Assembly (NCBI GenBank): GCA_035710725.1
Contig: DASTCY010000038.1
Location: 7,495-71,494, forward strand
Reading direction: 5' to 3'
From: Candidatus Sulfotelmatobacter sp.
GTDB lineage: Bacteria > Acidobacteriota > Terriglobia > Terriglobales > Acidobacteriaceae
DNA: 64,000 bases
The notes under the pieces are model-generated. The model worked only from the letters and a program-made list of their open reading frames with translations. It was not told the DNA's origin and searched no databases. A program made the position numbers and the translations under genes. Of this stretch, positions 58,098-64,000 are shown piece by piece. How positions within the stretch are numbered: the first letter of the stretch is position 1; every line of letters begins with the position of its first letter.

Positions 58098-59231
58098 ATG
58101 ACCCCAATCCCTGTGAAGGAAATTCTCTCCGGCTACGACGACCGCGCCTCGTTGGCAGAGGCTTCGACGATTTCCGCGCCCTGGTATGTCGACCCGCGCA
58201 TCGCCGAACTGGAACGGATGAACGTCTTCAGTAAGACCTGGCAACTGTTCGCTCATGTCAGCCAGTTGGAAAAGCCGGGCCAGTACGTATCAATGAGAGT
58301 AGCGGACGAGCCTTTGGTCGTGGTTCGCGGCAACGACGGCGAGCTGCGCGGTTTCTACAACGTGTGCCGTCACCATGCCGCAGCCGTAGTGACACAGCCC
58401 TGTGGACAGGCTTCGATCTTGCGCTGTCCCTATCATGGATGGAGCTACGGACTCGATGGATCTCTGAAGGGAATGCCCGAATTCGAAGGCGTGAAGAATT
58501 TCGATCGCGCCGAGAACGGACTTGTTCCGGTCCGCGTGGAGACTTGGGAGTGCTTTGTCTTCGTCAACCTCGATCCCGAAGCCGAGCCGCTGCACGAATT
58601 TCTCGGAGGGCTGGTCAAGCGCGTGGCTCCTTTGGGCATTGGCAAGCTGAAATTTTTCGATCGCAAGACGTACGACATCCATTGCAACTGGAAAGTTTTC
58701 ATCGACAACTATCTCGACGGCGGCTACCACGTCCCGCATCTGCACAAGGGCTTGAACTCCGTGCTCGACTACAAGCAGTACACGATCGAGAACGAAGACC
58801 GCTATTGTCTGCAGTCGAGTCCGGTCGTGGCTTCCAACGAAGATGCCGATGCCTCAAATACGCGCAAAGGCGACCGCGCCTGGTATTTCTGGCAGTATCC
58901 CAACCTCATGATCGATTGCTACGAAGGATACATGGACACGATCCTGGCGATTCCCGTCGACGTCGATCATTGTCACGTGATTTTCGACTTCTATTTCGAC
59001 GACGTCAGCGAGTCGCGGCGCGAATATAACCTGCAGTCGATGGGGGTTGCCTGCCGCGTGCAGGATGAAGATCTGGGCATCTGCGAAGACGTGCAACGCG
59101 GGCTGAAATCGCGTGCCTACGGGGCAGGCCGCTTGTCGGTGAGGCGCGAGGCAGGTGAGCAGCTGTTTCATCGCTTGCTGGCCGCCGACTTGAAAGGGAT
59201 TGCTCGGCCAATTGAAGTTGCAGCGGATTGA
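58098..59231 (+). CDS. Rieske [2Fe-2S] non-haem-iron oxygenase, alpha-subunit type
   Basis: 377 aa. Rieske motif CRHH-x16-CPYHGW. Catalytic-domain block NWKVFIDNYLDGGYHVPHLH (mononuclear Fe His ligands). No adjacent beta subunit or reductase. Confidence 0.85.
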   Translation: MTPIPVKEILSGYDDRASLAEASTISAPWYVDPRIAELERMNVFSKTWQLFAHVSQLEKPGQYVSMRVADEPLVVVRGNDGELRGFYNVCRHHAAAVVTQPCGQASILRCPYHGWSYGLDGSLKGMPEFEGVKNFDRAENGLVPVRVETWECFVFVNLDPEAEPLHEFLGGLVKRVAPLGIGKLKFFDRKTYDIHCNWKVFIDNYLDGGYHVPHLHKGLNSVLDYKQYTIENEDRYCLQSSPVVASNEDADASNTRKGDRAWYFWQYPNLMIDCYEGYMDTILAIPVDVDHCHVIFDFYFDDVSESRREYNLQSMGVACRVQDEDLGICEDVQRGLKSRAYGAGRLSVRREAGEQLFHRLLAADLKGIARPIEVAAD

Positions 59232-59474
59232 TTTATCTGGAGTTTATCTGACCTTACTAGTTGGCGCGGGGCAGCCTGATTTCGCCATAGTCTGCCTTCT
59301 CTTCGGCGTTAGATTCTGATCCCCTGAAATCCGAAAAGTCCCGAGTGAGCATGCCAGTGGATATATGGGCCATGCTTGGAGTTAGCCCCTTTCTACGCGT
59401 GGCATGGATCGTCGCAGAATTGTCTCTGACGAAGGGCAAGCTGCCCGGGACAATTACTTACAAACAAATCCTTG

Positions 59475-59494
59475 ACTTAAAGCGAACTTTAAGT
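59475..59494. promoter_or_regulatory. perfect palindrome ACTTAAAG-cgaa-CTTTAAGT overlapping a TTGACT hexamer
   Basis: 8-bp arms, about 60 nt upstream of the DinB-family gene start (59553). Candidate operator. Confidence 0.3.
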
Positions 59495-59552
59495 TGTACG
59501 GTGATAGAGAGCGGACAAGATTCAGATCTTCTCGTCCCAAGGAGAATGAATT

Positions 59553-60140
59553 GTGAAGAAACTGAAATGGGTTGCGGCAGTCCTGATGGGGTTGGCCGCA
59601 ACTAACCTCCTATCGCAAGCCGCAGAGACGAACTCTGCCACGTCACTCAACCCAGAGCAGGAAAAACACGCACTGCTAGTTCTGTCAAAAACGGTGGAGA
59701 AAGAGATCACATCTGCAGTGGATGCCATGCCTGCCGATAAATTCGGCTTTGCCCCGACTGACGGCGAATTCAAGGGCGTTCGCTCGTTTGGTCAAATGGT
59801 GAAACACCTTTCCGCCACCAATCACATTTTGGCGGCCGCAGCTTTGGGCGAGGCGCCCCCGGGCGATGCGGGTGACGAAGTCGGGCCTGAAAATGTAAGA
59901 ACCAAGGCGGACATTCTTACGTATTTGAAGAACTCGTTCATGCACTTGGACAAAGCCGTGGAAGCCATCGGTCAGACGAACATTCCAGTGAGCGGTTCCC
60001 CGATCTCGCCTCTAAAACGCAGCGAAGTGACGCGGTCGGCGCTGATTGCAGAGTCCTTGATACATGCCTTTGACCACTATGGACAGATCGTCGAATACCT
60101 GCGCATGAATGGAGTCGTGCCACCTTCAAGCCGCCCATGA
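59553..60140 (+). CDS. DinB-family (four-helix-bundle metalloenzyme-like) protein, exported
   Basis: 195 aa. GTG start after AAGGAGAA. Signal KWVAAVLMGLAATNLLSQA. Conserved His positions (VKHLSATNHIL, SLIHAFDHYGQ) fit the DinB/YfiT-like pattern. Confidence 0.7.
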   Translation: MKKLKWVAAVLMGLAATNLLSQAAETNSATSLNPEQEKHALLVLSKTVEKEITSAVDAMPADKFGFAPTDGEFKGVRSFGQMVKHLSATNHILAAAALGEAPPGDAGDEVGPENVRTKADILTYLKNSFMHLDKAVEAIGQTNIPVSGSPISPLKRSEVTRSALIAESLIHAFDHYGQIVEYLRMNGVVPPSSRP

Positions 60141-60448
60141 AAAAGTCCGATACCATCCCCTTGGCTTGCACTCTGACGACCGCAGAATTGCGCGACCGTG
60201 AAGCAAGCCTTCTTGCCGAATTCAGGTCTGCGGTCGTTGAAACCGAAGAACTTCAAGATGGTTTTGCTTTCCGCCTTCCCGGTGACGCCGAATGGTTTGC
60301 ACTCTTAGCGGAATTGATCGCGGCCGAGCGGCAATGTTGCCGCTTCTTAACGTTTGAGATCGTTGCCCTGCATAACATGGGTCCGCTGATTGTTCGCGTG
60401 ACAGGCCCAGCCGGCACGAAGGAGTTCGTGAGAGGCGTCTTCATGTAG
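60137..60448 (+). CDS. hypothetical protein (103 aa) translationally coupled to the DinB-family gene
   Basis: ATGA start/stop overlap with the DinB-family gene. Contains a CC pair (AERQCCRFLTFE). No recognised motif. Confidence 0.55.
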   Translation: MKKSDTIPLACTLTTAELRDREASLLAEFRSAVVETEELQDGFAFRLPGDAEWFALLAELIAAERQCCRFLTFEIVALHNMGPLIVRVTGPAGTKEFVRGVFM

Positions 60449-60450
60449 AG

Positions 60451-61836
60451 CTATGGCGTCTGCTCTCTCCGCGCGCTGCGCAGATCGATGCCGAGTTGCT
60501 CCGCTTTCTTGTACAGATGGCTGCGCTCCAATCCCAAGGACTTTGCGGCCAGAGTGACGTTGAACTGTGTGCGTTTCAGTTCGGCCAGTATCACCTCGCG
60601 TTCAAACGCCTGCACCCGCTCAGACAGCGGGCCTGTTACCGCGCCCGAAGAACTCACGACAGCCCCGCCTGTTTTCGGCAACGCCTGCTGCACTGTCGAA
60701 AGATCAACTTGCTCGTCGGTCGCCAGCAGCATCAGCCGCTCGACGATATTGCGCAATTCGCGTACGTTTCCCGGCCAGGAGTGCGATTGCAGCGCTTCCA
60801 TCGCCTCATCGGTAAACGGAATCGTCTTCCATCCATTTTGCGCGCTGACCTGCGCAGCAAAATGCTCAACCAATGCGGGGATGTCCTCCCGCCTCTCGCG
60901 CAGCGGCGGAAGCACAAGAGGGAAGACGTAAATGCGGTGAAATAGATCAGGTCGGAATTTTTCTTCGCGCACCCGCTGCTCGAGATCACGATGTGTCGCC
61001 ACCAACACGCGGACATCAACCTTGATCGCCTTGTCGCCGCCGATGCGCTCCACTTCACCTTCCTCTAAAACACGCAGCAGTTTGGCCTGCATCCCGAGCG
61101 GCATGTCGCCGATCTCATCGAGGAAGATCGTGCCGCCATCCGCTTGCTCGAACTTTCCCACATGCCGGGCTCCGGCGCCGGTAAATGATCCCTTCTCGTG
61201 CCCGAACAATTCCGATTCGATCAGCTCGGCAGGCACCGCAGCACAATTCAACGTGATAAACGGCCCGTCGGTTCTGGAGCTGCGTTCGTGAATGGTTCGT
61301 GCTACAAGTTCCTTTCCAGTGCCTGTTTCGCCCAGAATGCAGACCCGCGACTCGCTGGCAGCGACGCGCTCAATCTGGGCCATGACTCGGCGCATCGCAT
61401 CGCCTTTCCACACGATCTCGTGCTTACCCAGCCTCTGACGAAGCTGGCGGTTTTCGCTCTCCAATCGCTGCAACTTGAGAGCGTGTTCAACCGTGAGCAG
61501 AAGTTTGTCACTGGAAATCGGTTTTTCCAGGAAATCCAGCGCTCCCAGCCGGGTTGCCCGCACGGCCATCTCGATGTGCGCCTGCCCCGACATCATCACC
61601 ACAGGAGTAGCAACGCCTTGCGCCTTCAACTCTTCGAGCAGCGTAAGCCCATCTTTTCCGGGCATGACCACGTCGGAAAAAATCAGATCGAAATGCTGCG
61701 CCTTCGCTAAATCCAGAGCTTTATCCGCTTTGTCGCACACCGTGGCCTCATGCCCTGCGAGCCGGAACGCGCGCGCGAGCGAAGCCAGCGTGTTGGCTTC
61801 GTCATCGACAATCAGCAGATGCGCTTTCTGTGCCAC
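60451..61836 (-). CDS. sigma-54-dependent response regulator, NtrC family
   Basis: REC (HLLIVDDE...DLIFSDVVMPGKDG), Walker A GETGTGKE, GSFTGA loop, Walker B FLDEIGDM, HTH AAKSLGLERSHLYKKAEQLGI. The start is uncertain: GTG 61836 (AGGAA upstream) is preferred, since the alternative ATG 61887 lies inside a repeat fragment. Confidence 0.9.
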   Translation of the reverse strand: MAQKAHLLIVDDEANTLASLARAFRLAGHEATVCDKADKALDLAKAQHFDLIFSDVVMPGKDGLTLLEELKAQGVATPVVMMSGQAHIEMAVRATRLGALDFLEKPISSDKLLLTVEHALKLQRLESENRQLRQRLGKHEIVWKGDAMRRVMAQIERVAASESRVCILGETGTGKELVARTIHERSSRTDGPFITLNCAAVPAELIESELFGHEKGSFTGAGARHVGKFEQADGGTIFLDEIGDMPLGMQAKLLRVLEEGEVERIGGDKAIKVDVRVLVATHRDLEQRVREEKFRPDLFHRIYVFPLVLPPLRERREDIPALVEHFAAQVSAQNGWKTIPFTDEAMEALQSHSWPGNVRELRNIVERLMLLATDEQVDLSTVQQALPKTGGAVVSSSGAVTGPLSERVQAFEREVILAELKRTQFNVTLAAKSLGLERSHLYKKAEQLGIDLRSARREQTP

Positions 61837-61933
61837 AAACGTTCCTATCTGCAATACGAGACTAGGCTCAGTAATTTCCGGCGTCATCCTGAGCGAAGGC
61901 GTTCTACAGCCGCAGCGAAGGATCTCGCGTGGA

Positions 61934-63796
61934 CTACCCAAGTCCCCCTGACGCCGACACCTTAGCCGGCGAATCCTTCGCCGCAATTGTCTGAAGTTTC
62001 TCCTTGCCCATCAGCAACTCAATCACAAATGTCGTCCCGCGACCCGGCTCACTGCTCACGCTAATCGTACCTCCGTGATCGCTGACCACCGATTGCACAA
62101 TCGCCAGCCCGAGCCCCGTCCCATGTTGTTTGCTGGTGTAGTACGGGGTGAAGATGCGCTCGCACTCTTCGCGGGTCAACCCTGATCCCGTATCTGCAAT
62201 TTCGATCGCAACCTTGTCATACCGCCTCAGCGTGCGCAGTGTGAGCGCGCCGCCTTGCGGCATGGCATCCATCGCATTCAGCACCAGGTTCGACAGCGCA
62301 CGATGCAAAAGCTGCGGATCTGCCGCGATCGGCTCAATACCATTTGCCAACTCTAGCTTGCATTGGATCGCCGGTCGTCCTGGCGCCTCGAACTGCGCCT
62401 GAAAGAGCTGTGCCACTCCGCGCACCAGGTCGTTGATCTGCACCGATTCCATCTGAGGCTGCGGCATCTTCGAGAACTCGCTGAATCGCGAGACGATCGT
62501 TTTCAAATTCGAGATTTCGGCCAGCAGCGTCGTCGAACTTTCGTTGAATATCTCTTCAAACTGCTGCGGGCCGGACTGCCTTGCCCGAAGCAGGTTCTCG
62601 ACCGTTAGCTGGAGTGGGAACAGTGGGTTCTTCAATTCATGTGCCAGCCGCCGCGCCAGTTCGCGCCAGGCAGCAACCCGCTCCGCCTGCACCAGTCGCT
62701 CTTTTTGGGTTAACAGCTCCGCGGTCATCCGATTGAACGAATCTGCCAGCTGCGCGACTTCGTCGTGCCCCGAAACTTCCACTCGCGCATTCCAGTTGCC
62801 GCCGGCAACATCCTGCGCCGCCATTGCCAACTGCTCGACCGGACGCGTCACTCGCGCCGCCGCCCAGCTGCCCAGAATGACGGCTAACAAGATTCCTCCT
62901 CCGCCGACCAGCATGGCCGAGTCGCGAATCCTGCGCTCCAGCTCCACCCAGCCTCGCCGCGAATTCGCCACTAGCAGGATCGCCAGCACGGCACGATCCT
63001 TGTCGGCCCCGCGCAGCGGGAAAGCGTGGAACAACTCGTCGTCGGCCTTGTTCCCCGTCCAATGCACGACCACACTCATCTCTCGGTTTTCCTGCCGCAC
63101 CGCATCGATCAGCGGTGCGAGCTTCTCCGGCAGACGCACGATCGTCGAATTCGCTGTAGGATCGATCACCCACTCCGGCGAAAAATGATCGCCGCGATTC
63201 TGATACAACAGCGCTCGGATGTCGGCAGGTAAATCGAGCGCCGAGAGAAAACTCTTGTCGAGCCGTCGCCCCCCGATCACGTACAGGGGATGCTCGCCCA
63301 CCCGCGCCGTCCTTACAGCAAACAAGCCGAGAGCGGCGCTGTCCTGCAGTTCCTCATGCTTCAGGAACGCAGGCTGGTTTGCCCAGGCAGAAAAATTCGC
63401 GAAAGCGCTTTCCGGATAGCCAAACTTTGCCGGCCATTGCGCCGAAGATATAATCGTGCCCTTTGAATCGACGAACTCGAGAAAGTCGAGGCGATATCCT
63501 TCCGCGAGCGATCGCGTCATGTCGAAATATCCACCGAGATCACCGGGAGACCGCTCGACGGCAGCAGCCATGCGAGAGATCGGCTCGGACCCCGCGATCA
63601 ACTCCACACGCCGCGCGATTTCGTCGCCCTGCTGCGCAAATTGCCGCTGGAATTGCGTGACCAGCGCCGCCGTCCGCTGATCATTCGTTAGCTGGAACGC
63701 GCGCCGTGTCATGGCGGAAACCAGCCACGCCACCGCGGCCACCGAGACCGCGACAGTCAACGCAAAAAGCAGCAGAAGCTTGCGGCGAAAACTCAT
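61934..63796 (-). CDS. sensor histidine kinase (TM - large periplasmic domain - TM - HAMP - HisKA - HATPase)
   Basis: ORF 61934-63880 trimmed to ATG 63796 (MSFRRKLLLLFALTVAVSVAAVAWLV). H-box HELKNPLFPLQL, N-box LSNLVLNAMDA, G1 DTGSGL, G2 GTGLGLAIV. Directly upstream of the NtrC-type regulator. Confidence 0.9.
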   Translation of the reverse strand: MSFRRKLLLLFALTVAVSVAAVAWLVSAMTRRAFQLTNDQRTAALVTQFQRQFAQQGDEIARRVELIAGSEPISRMAAAVERSPGDLGGYFDMTRSLAEGYRLDFLEFVDSKGTIISSAQWPAKFGYPESAFANFSAWANQPAFLKHEELQDSAALGLFAVRTARVGEHPLYVIGGRRLDKSFLSALDLPADIRALLYQNRGDHFSPEWVIDPTANSTIVRLPEKLAPLIDAVRQENREMSVVVHWTGNKADDELFHAFPLRGADKDRAVLAILLVANSRRGWVELERRIRDSAMLVGGGGILLAVILGSWAAARVTRPVEQLAMAAQDVAGGNWNARVEVSGHDEVAQLADSFNRMTAELLTQKERLVQAERVAAWRELARRLAHELKNPLFPLQLTVENLLRARQSGPQQFEEIFNESSTTLLAEISNLKTIVSRFSEFSKMPQPQMESVQINDLVRGVAQLFQAQFEAPGRPAIQCKLELANGIEPIAADPQLLHRALSNLVLNAMDAMPQGGALTLRTLRRYDKVAIEIADTGSGLTREECERIFTPYYTSKQHGTGLGLAIVQSVVSDHGGTISVSSEPGRGTTFVIELLMGKEKLQTIAAKDSPAKVSASGGLG

Positions 63797-64000
63797 GGTT
63801 TCGGTGGTCCTAGCCACACATTCTGCAAGTTCCACGCACCGCTTGACGACACCTGGCACGCCTTTACCGTCGCGGCACAAGCATAATTCACCGGCAAATG
63901 GAAAAGGGGAATCAACCTCCGACTCGAGAGCATGGCCGACTCTGCGGTATAGAGATCGTCCGCGCTGTCGGACGCGATCTTCGGCATCGGGAGATCGGCG

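Noticed and set aside
63793-63987. 64-aa ORF whose stop overlaps the kinase ATG (ATGA)
   Set aside because: The ATGA overlap is suggestive, but there is no SD, the composition is not convincing, and it sits at the window edge. Insufficient support.

Overview
GC-rich bacterial chromosomal segment. The gene content (PadR plus duplicated-FtsX ADOP-type permease pair, acidobacterial-type VWA protein, giant Ig/Kelch surface protein, NtrC-type sigma-54 activators, characteristic intergenic hairpin repeats) suggests Acidobacteriota; this is an inference only. Left to right: (1) a 16-haem cytochrome c + NHL propeller + secreted-protein operon, divergent from resB-ccsA plus an overlapping histidine kinase. 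(2) VWA protein, vapBC, NtrC-type regulator, hypothetical exported protein, APC permease. (3) A translationally coupled module (two class-V PLP enzymes, amino-acid permease, BBE-like FAD oxidase, then Zn-ADH), divergent from a split ComDE-type ThDP decarboxylase and a cyclase/formamidase-family gene. (4) A 12.9-kb gene for a ~4309-aa repeat-rich surface protein with a sigma-54-like promoter. (5) A permease plus two beta-lactamase-fold hydrolases, one fused to a VanX-type D-Ala-D-Ala dipeptidase. (6) PadR-ADOP. (7) A ~9.8-kb segment bracketed by an initiator-type tRNA-Met and a decayed direct copy of its 3' half. This looks like an integrase-less island. It carries a stress module (SYLF/BON, BON, YflT-like, GlsB), four tiny ORFs, two inverted Crp/Fnr paralogs, a WXXGXW-repeat protein, a desaturase and two copies of a conserved structured noncoding element. 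(8) Dps, Rieske oxygenase, DinB pair, and a second NtrC-type two-component system. No rRNA, CRISPR array, transposase or integrase was found. Several intergenic repeat families are present: MITE-like elements, a 112-bp tandem array and REP-like hairpins. All calls come from reading the sequence and the ORF track by eye; no database search was run.
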